From contig OZ024740.1 in NCBI GenBank assembly GCA_964016885.1, positions 293,570,001 to 293,634,000 of the forward strand: a DNA stretch of 64,000 nucleotides. The letters are read 5' to 3'. Both the position numbers and the translations under genes were made by a program. Positions within the stretch are counted from its first letter, which is position 1. Each line of letters starts with the position of its first letter. The notes under the pieces are model-generated. The model did no database searches. It was not told the DNA's origin and saw only the letters and a program-made list of their open reading frames with translations. Shown here one piece after another: positions 11,920-25,244 of the stretch. Source of the DNA: Eledone cirrhosa. Its lineage: Eukaryota.

Positions 11920-13075
11920 CCAGCAATGGGACCAATTCAGGCCACTCCCCTTTGTGCTGGCAGTAACAACATTTCCCATTCAGTCCGGTTGCCCCTAAAC
12001 ATTTGGTACCTGGATGACATGACCTTGGGTGGCTTGGCTGAGATGGTAGTTGAGGACCTTCGGCAAATCATCTCAGCTCTAAAGCTCCTCAGATTTGAGA
12101 TCAAGCCATTCAAATCTGAAGTGACAGACATTAGCTACGGAGAGGCCATATTCCACAAAGTTGTACTCAGCACCAATCCCATACTGTTCTGGGCTCAGCT
12201 AATGCCCAAAGTCACTGCATGCATTCTTGGCTCTCCAATTCTCTTGAAAACCATAAGAGATACTGTGCAGAACTCATCTGCAATGTCCTACAGTATTGGC
12301 TGGCAATAGGCGAAGTGCTCAGTGAGGTTCAGTGTGCAGACCTCCAATCAGCTTCGGATCTGGCTCTACAGGCCTACCTTTCTTCAATCTATTCCAATCA
12401 CACTCTTTCCCTCAGTATACAGTTGTCCAACGTAACTGGGATGACATCAAATGCAGGTCTTCCTTCAGGCAGATCGAGGATGGCTTGGACCAACACTGCC
12501 ATGTCTGCCTCCACTACACTTCACAGCCAAACAGCGGTGTGTGGCTCAATTTGGTGCCTTCTTCATCAACTGTTACCCTTCTTTATGATGAGGGCACTTG
12601 CATTGGAGTGGCCCAGTGCGTTGGCATCTGCATGTGTGAGCCACATAAATGCTGTTGTGGGGCAGTCATTGACAAGTTTGACCTGCACCCACTGTCTTGC
12701 TGCCAGAGTAGGCAACTTCCCCTGACATGCCACTCTCAACAACATATTGAGAAGAAGCCTGGAAACAGCTGGATTTCCATCCCAACTGGAACTCAAATCC
12801 CCTTCGAAGGTAGATCCCTCATCTGGGATGACACATGACACTTCAGCCAGAAAACCTGGTACTGTGGCCTTCAATACAGCGGAAAGGAAGACAAATGATT
12901 ACTGAGGATTGTCTGGCTGCTTCGTCTTCACACCAGTCACCATCAATACCTCAAGTATATTCAGACCCTATACTGCCAAACTCCTCCATAAGATCGATAT
13001 GTTGGCAGCTTGTCTGAGGAAGGAGTCCTGCAAGATAGGGTGGCTGATGCAGCAGGTATCGCTGGCCTATCACAC
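11920..13075 (+). mobile_element. Degraded RLE-type (CRE-like) non-LTR retrotransposon
   Basis: LNIWYLDDMTLGG (RT YxDD), GVWLNLVPSS..G..MCEPHKCCCGA..LHPLSC zinc knuckle, LIWD, F.PV..NT; many indels. Confidence 0.75.
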
Positions 13076-13149
13076 TCCCATTCTTCTGTGACCCTAGAGC
13101 CCTTGCATTTCTCTTCCTTTTTTATTTTTTAGATATTGATAAAATATAT

Positions 13150-13470
13150 TGACTTGAAAATCAAAATTGAACAAATTCTAAACCCCTATATTTTCATTCT
13201 GAACCCCTATAGTTTAGGTTTATTCCTATAGTTTCAAAATAAGCCTCTGTAACTTTATTCTAAACATCTATAGATTCAATATTACCCTTATAGTTTCATT
13301 CACATCTATAGTTCCTCCCAGCTCCCTATAGTTTTGTTCTTGTCCTCTATAATTTCGATCCCAGCTCCTAACGATTCAATCACGACCCAACTTTAATTTC
13401 ATTTCCAGTCCCTATTGTTTCATTTTCAGCCACTGAAAAATTTTATTTTCAGCTCACATAGTTTCATATT
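13150..13470. repeat. Old ~20-bp repeat (ccctatagtttcattcc-like), continuing at 11500-11665 and 17020-17495
   Basis: Recurrent ctatagttt/ccctata motifs; 11497-11610 duplicates 13152-13285; the tract is split by the hAT insertion. Confidence 0.6.
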
Positions 13471-13546
13471 CTCCCATATAAAATCTGTTTATCACCAATC
13501 ATTTTATCATTGTATGTTAGTGTTATACCAACTGCCTATATTAATT

Positions 13547-16500
13547 CAGTGATTCTCAACCAGTGTGCCGCAAAATTATGAACGGCACACTAACAAAATG
13601 CAAAAAACCAGTATTCACAGTCTGTTACACCACATAGTATTCACAGTCATGTTACACCACATAGCTTTGTTCATTTAGGGATGAGCGAAATGTTTCCAAA
13701 TGTTGCAATGCTAAAGATTCTATATCTTTTATTGTTTCATTCGTCATTAGTATTGATCATATGAATGGATATTGGTCAATACTTGTCTTAAGGTATTATT
13801 AAATGTATTATATCATGCATCCTTTTTTTCCTTTTATGGTAGAATCTACCTCTAAAACTGAGACAAATGATATATTTCTTTTTCCTCTAGTCCTAATTTT
13901 TGCTGACATATGACCAAAAATAGTTGAAAAACAGTGTAATTTTCAGAGTTCTTTTGAGAAAATCCAAATAAGCTATGAAGATGATTTTTACATTTTTAGA
14001 ATCAGAAAACCAGTCATTGTATGGAAACAGAAGCCTTTTATTTGATATTTTGGAAAATAAAAAATGTTATCGTCATTAGTGTGCTAGATAGTAAAAAAAT
14101 TGAAAAAAAAATCAATTTTTGGCATAAAAGTGACTATAACATTTTTTCAAGGCAGAATTAAAAAAAGGCTTCTGGCACGATGAAGCTACTATTATAAGGG
14201 AGGTCTGAAAATTTCAAGCAAATCTATCAAGTAGATTTTCTGGAAAGAGCTTTGAAATTTTGAGATGTACCCATTTTGAGAAAATTGTCTGTAAAGATTA
14301 GAAACACAAATGTCAGCTTCTTCCTCTGTTTTGGAACAATCTATGGATGATTCCGATGATTTAGCTCAGAATTCTCTGGTTCATGCTACTTAATGAGTCA
14401 ATGTTAGCTTCCCTTTACATATATTTTGTCTTGCTTCATCTCTATATGGCATAATTTCCTCATTTTCTGGTGGATTATCCAATTGGAAGAGTGAGTTTGG
14501 CCACCATGTTTACATTGTGATGGGGAAGGCTTGGTCACGTGATGTGCTGGACCAATCAGCAGGCACCATTCGCCGAGTGTAGCCGAAAAGGAGGCTTGAT
14601 GTGCATTTGCTTGTTCAATATGGCTTTTTACACCAGAGAGTTCCAGTGTTTCATCATCTTATGTTAATGATGGTATAGTAGAGGTTTGTAGCTGTCTACT
14701 GGCATGTGGAACATAGCAAAAATGGTGGATTTGCGATATGTTGTCAGTGCTCAAACATTGACTATTTTTGTGCGTAATACATTGAAAATTGATGATTTCC
14801 AGCTAGAAATAGTCTCATAAAACATCAATTTTAGGTAGGAAGACATATTTTTATTATTTTGCTGTGTTTGTACACGAAAGAGAAGGCTTTGTGGGACCGA
14901 AAGACACTGACATCTCAATAAAGACAATCCTACCCAAAACTGTCATATTGATATTTCATGACCCTTCACAATGGATAAATATTTGAAAAGGAAAGATATT
15001 AGTGACAAGTCTAACAATAGAGGCGGACAACCATCAACCTCTATTGTCAAAATGAGAAACATTAATCGACAATATTGAAAATTATTTGAAATTTGGATTT
15101 TATTGTTCTGGTGACGTTGACAAACTAAGATCATGCGTAGTGTGTGGTAAAACAATGTCAAATGAATCCATGGTACCAAGTAAGTTAGAAAGACATTTTA
15201 ATTCAAAACATTCATCTCTGAAAGATAAAAAGCTCAATGACTGTGTCTGAACGAGCCCAACTATCGTCAATTCAGGTGGCTGAAATAATAGTATTAAAAT
15301 CTAAATCCCACACGCTTGCTGAGTCAGTCATCTTCCCAGCTTGCAAAAAGATGGTAAAATCCCTGTTTGGTAAAAAGGCTGAGAAGGAATTGAAAAATGT
15401 CCCGCTTTCAAATGATACAATACGTAGAAGAATCCTAGATATAGCGAAAAGTATTGAAGACAATGTTCAGAAAAAGCTTAAGAATTCTAATTTTGCTTTA
15501 ACCATGGATGAATCCACTGACATCAGTAATAAGAGTCAATTGCTTGCATTTCTATGTTTTATTGACGAGAATGAAATAATCAATCAATTTTTGTGCTGTA
15601 AAAAAATGTCCACAACTACAAGAGGTCAAGATATTTTTGATTTGATAATAGGCTACCTGAAAGAAATGAATTTGTCTTGGAAGTCCTATGTTGGCATTTG
15701 CACCGATGGAGCCCCATGTATGACAGGCTATATTAAAGGATTTGTATCCTTCGTAGAAAAAGAAAATCCAAATCTCATTCGTACTCATTGCTTTCTACAT
15801 AGAGAAGTTCTTGTTTCAAAAATATCGCAGGAAGATTTAAAGGTTGTGTTACATCAAGTTGGAATGGTCAATTATATAAAAAGTAGGCCATTGAAGTCAC
15901 AATTATTTGAACAACTGCACAAAGAAATGGACTCTCAGAGACTGAGGTTCGCTGGCTGTCGAAAGGCAAAATACTAAATTGTGATCACGGACTGCACAAG
16001 GAATTACTATCATTTTTTCTCCATGAAAAGCAGGAGAAATTCTTTGAATACCTTAGTTGCGAATTTTGGATGTCTAAAATGGAATACCTAACAGAAATAT
16101 TTAGTGAACTAAATAAAACAAACAGTAGTATGCAAGGTAAAAACATAAATATTCTCACTTCAACAGACAAGTTAGTTGCCCTCAAAAAGAAAATTGTGTT
16201 TTGGAAAAAAAGAGCAATCATTGGCAATCTTGATATGTTCCCTTTATTGTGTTCTACCTGCATTAGAGAAATGATCCCTATTGTGGTTACTCATCTGACA
16301 GCCCTGGCCAAAAGCATCAACAATTACTTTCCGTCATTAAAGACAGAAAAGTATGATTGGATTAGGGATCCTTTCATAAATAATTCTTCCAGCATTGAAC
16401 TTGAGTTACAGGAAGAAGAAGAATTGGCCACCCTTTCTAGTGACCAAGGGCTAAAATTAAAACATTCGACTCGGCTCATTGATTCATTTTGGATTTCAAT

Positions 16501-17008
16501 TTAAGAGGAGTATCCCATATTATGTAAAAGAGCTTTAGCAATTTTATAACAATTTCAACTTCTTATATATGTGAATTAGGCTTCTCAACATTAAACAACA
16601 TAAAAAACAGGAAGCGTGAGAGATTACGTACAACGGAAGAAGAAATGAGGGTGTGTCTGTCTCATATTCGACCAAACATTGAGGAAATTATGAATAAAAG
16701 CCAGGCACAAATTTCTCACTAAAGAAGCCTGCTATTTGACTGATGAAATTCTAAACACTGCAATAAAGTAAGTTCATAGCTGTGATTTTCTTTATTTAGT
16801 TTGAATCATTCTATGTGTCTATGACTAGTCTGTGTCTATGGTTGTATGTTGTCTATGACTTGCCATGTTGTTATTTTATAAAATTCAAATATTTTTCATA
16901 TATATTTAGCCAAGTATGCCGTTACTTTTTCATGTGTTCCAAGGTATGCCGCTATTTTTTCATGCGTTCCAAGGTGTGCCATTGGCAAAATAAGGTTGAG
17001 AACCACTG
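13547..17008 (+). mobile_element. hAT DNA transposon, Buster/Charlie type
   Basis: TIRs CAGTGATTCTCAACC...GGTTGAGAACCACTG; 8-bp TSD TATTAATT/GATTAATT with central TA. Confidence 0.92.
14971..16722 (+). pseudogene. hAT transposase pseudogene (BED finger + DDE; ZBED5/SCAND3-like family)
   Basis: MDKYLKRK..CVVCGK.MSNESMVPSKLERH, VPLSNDTIRRRI, FALTMDESTDIS, CTDGAPCMTG, HCFLHRE, TSYICELGFS, PNIEE..AQISH*; stops and frameshifts. Confidence 0.92.
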
Positions 17009-17707
17009 GATTAATTTCTAGCCATAATTCATTCTCAGCCACATTAGTTTCATTCACAGGCTCTATATTTTCATTCTAAGCCCTATAGATTCTTTCTTTA
17101 CCTCTATTATTTCACCCCTGCCTCTATATTTTCATTTTAAGTCCTTGCAATTTCATCCCAGTCTCTGTAATTCCATTCCCAGCCCTTAGAATTTTATTTA
17201 TCATCTATATTGTTATCCTACGCTGTTACAATTTTATTCCAACACCCTAATGATTCATTTGGTGCCCTATAGTTTCCCATCTAGTATGGTTTAATTCACA
17301 ACAACTATAGTTTCAAATACAGTTCTTCACCTACATCCTCAACATCTATACTTTAAATTCCAGCACCAATATTTTCATTACCTACCCACATAGTTTCATT
17401 CGCAACACCTATAATTTCATTATTACCTGCTCTAGTTTTATTATTAGCCCCTATAGTTTCATTATTACTTATAATTTACTTTCCAAACACTATAAACGAT
17501 AAATTATCAATACCATTTTACTGACAACATATTTTATTTATAGAAGAAACAATAGAAAATGTTAGATAAAGGATATGTTGATTTGTAGTGAGTATTAATA
17601 TATTGTAATTTATTAGTCGCTTCACATTTATCCAAGAGAGAGAAGGGTGACATATATATTATTGGATATTTTATTGAATATCCTTTTGAATATTGGAAGA
17701 CGTACAT

Positions 17708-20700
17708 GAATAGTGTGTAGATAAACATATAAATTTTAATATGGGCAGTGTGTAGATAAGACATACACATCTCAAGATTAACAGTGTGTAGATAAGACAT
17801 ACACATCTCAACATAAACAGTGTGTAGATAAGACATACACATTTCAACATAAACAGTGTGTAGATAAGACATACACATTTTAACATGAACAGTGTGTAGA
17901 TAAGACATACACATCTCAACATAAACAGTGTGTAGATAAGACATACACATTTTAACATAAACAGTGTGTAGATAAGACATACACATCTCTACATAAACAG
18001 TGTATTGATAATACATTCACATCTCAACATAAACAGTGTGTAGATAAGACATAGACATTTCAACATGGACAGTGTGTAGATATGACATACATATCTCAAC
18101 ATAAACAGTGTGTAGATATGACATACATATCTCAACATAAACAGTGTGTAGATAAGACACATATTTCAACATAAACAGTGTGTAGATAAGACATACACAT
18201 TTCAACATAAACAGTGTGTAGATAAGACATACACATCTCAACATAAACAGTGTGTAGATATGATATACACATCCCAACATAAACAGTGTGTAGATATGAC
18301 ATACATATTTCAACATAAACAGTGTGTAGATAAGACACACACATCTCAACATAAACAGTGTGTAGATAAGACATACATATCTCAACATAAACAGTGTGTA
18401 GATAAGACATACATATCTCAACATAAACAGTGTGTAGATAAGACATACACATCTCAACATTAACAGTGTGTAGATATGACATACACATCTCAACATAAAC
18501 AGTGTGTAGATAAGACACATATTTCAACATAAACAGTGTGTAGATAAGACATACACATCTCAACATAAACAGTGTGTAGATAAGACATACACATTTCAAC
18601 ATAAACAGTGTGTAGATAAGACATACACATCTCAACATAAACAGTGTGTAGATAAGACATACACATTTCAACATAAACAGTGTGTAGATAAGACATACAC
18701 ATCTCAACATAAACAGTGTGTAGATAAGACATACACATCTCAACATAAACAGTGTGTAGATAAGACATACACATCTCAACATAAACAGTGTGTAGATAAG
18801 ACATACACATCTCAACATAAACAGTGTGTAGATAAGACATACATATCTCAACATAAACAGTGTGTAGATAAGACACACATCCCTCAACATAAACAGTGTG
18901 TAGATAAGACACATATTTCAACATAAACAGGGTGTAGATAAGACATACACATCTCAACATAAACAGTGTGTAGATAAGACATACACATCTCAACACAGAC
19001 ATTGTGTAGATAAGACATACACATTTTAACATGAACATAGATAAGACATACATATCTCAACATAAACAGTGTGTAGATAAGACACACATCCCAACATAAA
19101 CAGTGTGTAAATAAGATATACACATCTCAACATAAACAGTGTGTAGATAAGACACACACATCTCAACATAAACAGTGTGTAGATAAGACAAACACATTTC
19201 AACATAAACAGTGTGTAGATAAGACAAACACATCTCAACATAAACAGTGTAGATAAGACATACACATCTCAACATAAACAGTGTGTAGATAAGACACACA
19301 TCTCAACATAAACAGTGTGTAGATAAGACATACATATCTCAACATTAACAGTGTGTAGATAAGACACACATCTCAACATAAACAGTGTGTAGATAAGACA
19401 TACACATCTCAACATAAACAGTGTGTAGATAAGACATACACATCTCAACATAAACTGTGTAGGTAAGACATACACATATCAACATAAATAGTGTGTAGAT
19501 AAGACATACACGTCCTAACATAAGCAGTATGTAGATAGGACATACACAGTTCAACATAAACAGTGTGTAGATAAGACATACACATCTCAACATAAACAGT
19601 GTGTAGGTAAGACATACACATCCTAACATAAACAGTGTGTAGGTAAGACATACATATCTCAACATGAACAGTGTGTAGATAAGACATACACATCTCAACA
19701 TAAACAGTGTGTAGATAAGACATACACATATCTCAACATAAACAGTGTGTAGATAAGACACACACATCCCAACATAAACAGTGTGTAGATAAGACATACA
19801 CATATCAACATAAATAGTGTGTAGATAAGACATACACATCTCAACATAAACAGTGTGCAGATAAGACACACACATCCTAACATAAACAGTGTGTAGGTAA
19901 GACACACATATCTCAACATAAACAGTGTGTAGATAAGACATACACATTTCAACATAAACAGTGTGTAGATAAGACATACACATCCTAACATAAGCAGTAT
20001 GTAGATAGGACATACACAGTTCAACATAAACAGTGTGTAGATAAGACATACGTATCTCAACATAAACAGTGTGTAGATAAGACATACACATCTCAACATA
20101 AACAGTGTGTAGATAAGACACACACATCTCAACATAAACAGTGTGTAGATAAGACACACACATCTCAACATAAACAGTGTGTAGATAAGACATACACATC
20201 TCAACATAAACAGTGTGTAGATAAGACACACACATCTCAACATAAACAGTGTGTAGATAAGACACACACATCTCAACATAAACAGTGTGTAGATAAGACA
20301 TACACATCTCAACATAAACAGTGTGTAGATAAGACACACACATCTCAACATAAACAGTGTGTAGATAAGACATGCACATCTCAACATAAACAGTGTGTAG
20401 ATAAGACATACACATCCCAACATAAACAGTGTGTAGATAAGACATGCACATCTCAACATGGACAGTGTGTAGATAAGACATACACATTTCAACATAAACA
20501 GTGTGTAGATAAGACACACACATCTCAACATAAACAGTGTGTAGATAAGACATGCACATCTCAACATAAACAGTGTGTAGATAAGACATACACATCCCAA
20601 CATAAACAGTGTGTAGATAAGACACACACATCTCAACATAAACAGTGTGTAGATAAGACATACACATCTCAACATAAACAGTGTGTAGATAAGACACACA

Positions 20701-20842
20701 CATCCCAACATAAACAGTGTGTAGATAAGACATACACATCCCAACATAAACAGTGTGTAGATAAGACACACACATCTCAACATAAACAGTGTGTAGATAA
20801 GACATACACATCCCAACATAAACAGTGTGTAGATAAGACATA
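17708..20842 (-). repeat. 36-bp minisatellite, long array (about 85 units), inverted relative to 9587-10160
   Basis: Unit CATCTCAACATAAACAGTGTGTAGATAAGACATACA on +, with occasional 34-bp variants. Confidence 0.98.
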
Positions 20843-20925
20843 CTCTTCCATGTATTAATTATTAATTTTATGAAAACCTCTAAATAATATTAAAAAACAT
20901 TTCAACCCTTCTTGGTGTTGAAGCA

Positions 20926-21082
20926 TCAGATTTTTCTATAAGTCAGTTTGACAGAAACAGCATTCAAAGGTTTCAGTATCAACTCAAGAGATGGACAAAG
21001 ATCTGTTGTGTTGTTTAAAGGTAAAATTTTTGCAGAATTCGCGATAAGAAAATTTTCTCTTCTAACCTGGCATATTTTTGTC
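20926..21082 (-). CDS. Cytochrome P450 CYP4-clan (CYP4V-like) last coding exon, frameshifted as assembled
   Basis: tttcAG acceptor, (G)QKYARLEEKIFLSRILQKFYL* (TAA at 21015-21017); the canonical tail DLCPSLELILKPLNAVSVKLTYRKI* follows in another frame. Confidence 0.85.
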
Positions 21083-21420
21083 CTGAAATTTTGGGATAGG
21101 AATGGCCCATTTTGCCCATATTGTGTTCAATAGTAGATCGAGGCCGTCAATGTGCCAGCTATCCTAAGGAGTGCTTCAGGAACCTGCCCCAACCACCCAC
21201 TCAGGAATAAATGGTTGAAGAAGATTTCAATGTAACATAAAATTTTCAAAATATTTAGTCAATAGTATCGTCTATTAGTTATTTTTTATTTACAGTACCA
21301 CATATTACCTTTCCTAAAAATATTTATATCATTGAAATGTTGAAACAATTTCTGAACTTAGATCATATAATATTCTAAAAGGTTGAAAGGATTCTTCAGT
21401 TGTATCAAACATATGACACA

Positions 21421-22122
21421 TTCCTTAGTGATGTGATTTACATGATAAATGCACTCAGTATACTTTGTAAAGTGATATGAAGGGTATCCAACCATCAAAA
21501 GCATGCCAAATTGTCAGCTGGCAATTTAATGTAATGGTCAACATAGCAAAATGTATATTGCTGGTGTACAGAGGGAGCTGTACTCATTTTTCTCACTCCG
21601 ATGTTCATAAACACTAAATATTTAGTCTATTTTTCATAGTAAAAAAACAGGGAAGTTTATAACTTGTAACTTATAATTCAAATTTTTCTATCACTCAACA
21701 GTTTTAAAAATAGATACCTGTTGCCTGGTATATAACGCTTCATATAATGGAAACAATTGTCAGCTTGTACTTTCCTTAGTGATGTGATTTACATGATAAA
21801 TGCACTCAGTATACTTTGTAAAGTGATATGAAGGGTATCCAACCATCAAAAGCATGCCAAATTGTCAGCTGGCAATTTAATGAAATGGTCAACATAGCAA
21901 AATGTATATTGCTGGTGTACAGAGGGAGCTGTACTCAGTTTTCTCACTCCGATGTTCATAAACACTAAATATTTAGTCTATTTTTCATAGTAAAAAAACG
22001 GAAGTTTATAACTTGTAACTTATAATTCAAATTTTTCTATCACTCAACAGTTTTAAAAATAGATACCTGTTGCCTGGTATATAACGCTTCATATAATGGA
22101 AACAATTGTCAGCTTGTACTTT
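21421..22122. repeat. Near-perfect ~351-bp tandem duplication (intronic)
   Basis: ttccttagtgatgtgatttac at 21421 and 21772; only a few differences. Confidence 0.95.
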
Positions 22123-22320
22123 AGTGTAAAGGTTAGCACAGTGAAACAGTATGTTACAGGTGTGGGTTCGACATCCAAGGATGGTGTTATACAAATTTTT
22201 TCTGTCTCCAGGTTTTATATACCCAACATATTTTTCACAGTAAAATTGTTGATACTTTTAGCATATATATTTGTTAAAAGTATGATACTTTTTAATGAAA
22301 CAATTCTATATATATATATA

Positions 22321-23362
22321 TGGGTGACGAAATCAACAGTGGTGGAGGGTGTTCTGAAAGTACAGTAGCCAGAGTCAGAATGCGATGGGAAAAGTTCAGA
22401 GAGCTTATACCGCTGTTGGCCACAAAAGGTTTCTCTCTAAAAATGAAAGGCAGATTGTATGATGCTTGTATACGAACAGCAATGCTACATGGCAGTGAGA
22501 CATGGGAATTACATGCAGAGGATATACGCAGACTGGAGAGGAATGAAGCCTGCATGCTCCGTTGGATGTGTATAGTAATATACGTGAACGGCAAAGCATA
22601 AATGAACTAAGTGAGAAATTAGGAATAAGAGGGATCAGATGCTGTTTACTTGAGAGAAGACTACGTTGGTATGGTCACGTGATGCGCATGAAAGACGACA
22701 GCTGCATAAAAAAGTGCAGGGTGATCAAAATTGATGGCAGCCACGGAGTAGGCAGACCCAGAAAAACCTGGGACGATCTGATAAATTCCGACCTTACACA
22801 CTTGCACCTCTCTAAGACAATGTCACTGGACCGAGATCTTTGGCGCTACGCAGTAATACAGAAGACCCGCCTTGCCTATGTACAAAGCGAAACCTTCAGT
22901 CAGTAGGCACATCTTAACCAAATATACACCCCAATCCACTACCCCTACCCTATCCTCCCACTCCCAGCAACACCACCCTCTCTCTGTAAAGTTGGTACCA
23001 CAATATCCAGTCCAAATAAATGAGATAATGAGATCGAGATCGTGTAGGTGTCACGAGAAAAAAACACACAGTCCACGCTGTAATGTGGTCGTGTAGGTAA
23101 CACGGTAAAAAGTTCCCAGTTCCACACTGTAAATGTGGTTGGTGTTAGGAAGGGCATCCAGCCGTAGAAAACCTGCCAGATAGTCCTATATGAGCGAGAC
23201 ACGGTCACCTGACCAACCTTGCCTCAAGTGGGACAACTCCCGTCTAACCCATGCTAGCGGGGAAAATGGACGTTAAACGAAGATGATGAAGATGATAATG
23301 ATATAACCCATGCTAGCGTGGATGTAGAAGATGGACATTAAACGAAGATGATGATGATGATA
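22321..23362 (+). mobile_element. 5'-truncated RTE-clade LINE (family B) with 3' UTR and (GAT)n tail
   Basis: GGGCSE..ARVR..W.KFREL.PLL..KGFSL..KGRLYDAC.R.AMLHGSETW..RRLRWYGHVMRM..GRPRKTW; tail gttaggaagggcatccagccgtagaaa...gatgatg. Confidence 0.9.
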
Positions 23363-23574
23363 TATATAGCAAAGGCAGAATTATATTTACAATGCTCAAA
23401 GGAAAGTAGAGAATTATATATATGATAGTATGTAATTGTCCAAAACTTTTCAGAATATTTTGGAGAAGATCAGCAATCATCCATGCATATCAGCCTCCCT
23501 TCTCTATGCTACTGATGTACAAGGGAAAGGAAATGGTCAATACAACTTAGTACCAGTGATCTCACAACTTGTTT

Positions 23575-23705
23575 GTTGAGTGAACTGGAACAGCATGAAA
23601 TAAAGTGTCTTGCTCAAGGATACGACTCATCACCTTGTCTGAAAATTAAAATCTCAATGTCCCGATTGCAAGTTCAATGCTCTAACCATTAAGCCATGTG
23701 CCTTA
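23575..23705 (-). mobile_element. SINE family B 5' part
   Basis: Reverse complement of the 36100 head (gcacatggctta.tggttagagcatt..ccttgagcaagacactttatttca). Confidence 0.75.
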
Positions 23706-24191
<486 letters not shown>

Positions 24192-24943
24192 TCAAAACCA
24201 GGGTAGATGGGGCTCCTTAGTTATATTTATGATAACCCATCTGTGCACAGAAACTCAGAAATCCCCCCCCCCTCCACCTCATTGGTGTCAGAGTGTGCAG
24301 TAAATTCACAAGGTGTGAGATCTGAGGTTTATGTAATTACTGGTCATCTTACTTAAGTTTTTCATCAGATAATAATCATTGAGGCTTAGAGAGTGGCACT
24401 TGGGATGTCACTATAATCCATGATGTACAGATGTCCTTTTGCAATCTTTTCATCTATCATTCTATCTCTCTTACTGATGCAGGCCAGGACTCAGAATTGT
24501 TGGCACCTTATGGACCTGGGGCCAATTGCTACAGCTATTAGGGTGTCACACAAACTTGCATCAATGAAATACTGCCACTTCTGTAGTTTCATCACTTCAA
24601 GAGATGGAGTATGGGTGGGAGCAGTCACGTTTTTCCAGTCACCTGTGATAATGCATTCTATGTTGGTGTGTTGTCAGTTTTTGCGGGTGGAAGTTTAGAT
24701 TTGATTTTTGCTGCTGGATTGAAAAGCCATCTCTGTGCAATTATCACCATATATATGCATATATATGATTATTAGTTGATTCCTGATGGGTTTCTGGGTT
24801 TCATACTTAGAAAAGCTACTCACTACGTTGGTAGAGGTTAGGCATCTTTATTTATATCGAAATAACCTCTACATGATTAGAACTGTTTCATCCCTCTGAT
24901 GAATGAAACTGTTTTAGTTCTGGAGGATTAATCTCTCTCTCTC

Positions 24944-24983
<40 letters not shown>

Positions 24984-25244
24984 AAATGTTATGACAGGGT
25001 TACTTTTACATAATTGTTTTATCATGAAATATACATTTTGTATGACATGATTATGCAATGGGTTATTATCAACAGTCTCCATGGGATATCATCAGATGCT
25101 CATACAATTATGTCTTAACATAGAAACATGATTTGTTATCTAATTTTATGAATAATCTAAATATCTTGTCACATGGCCCAAGATGCAGTGGGAATATATT
25201 CTCTCTAAGAAATTTTATCAAAACAAGAAATATTCATTTATTTA

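Noticed and set aside
17534-20841. Long ORFs (up to 498 aa) of CMSYLHTVYVE / CVCLIYTLFML repeats
   Set aside because: Products of a stop-free 36-bp minisatellite open in several frames on both strands; no unique domains.
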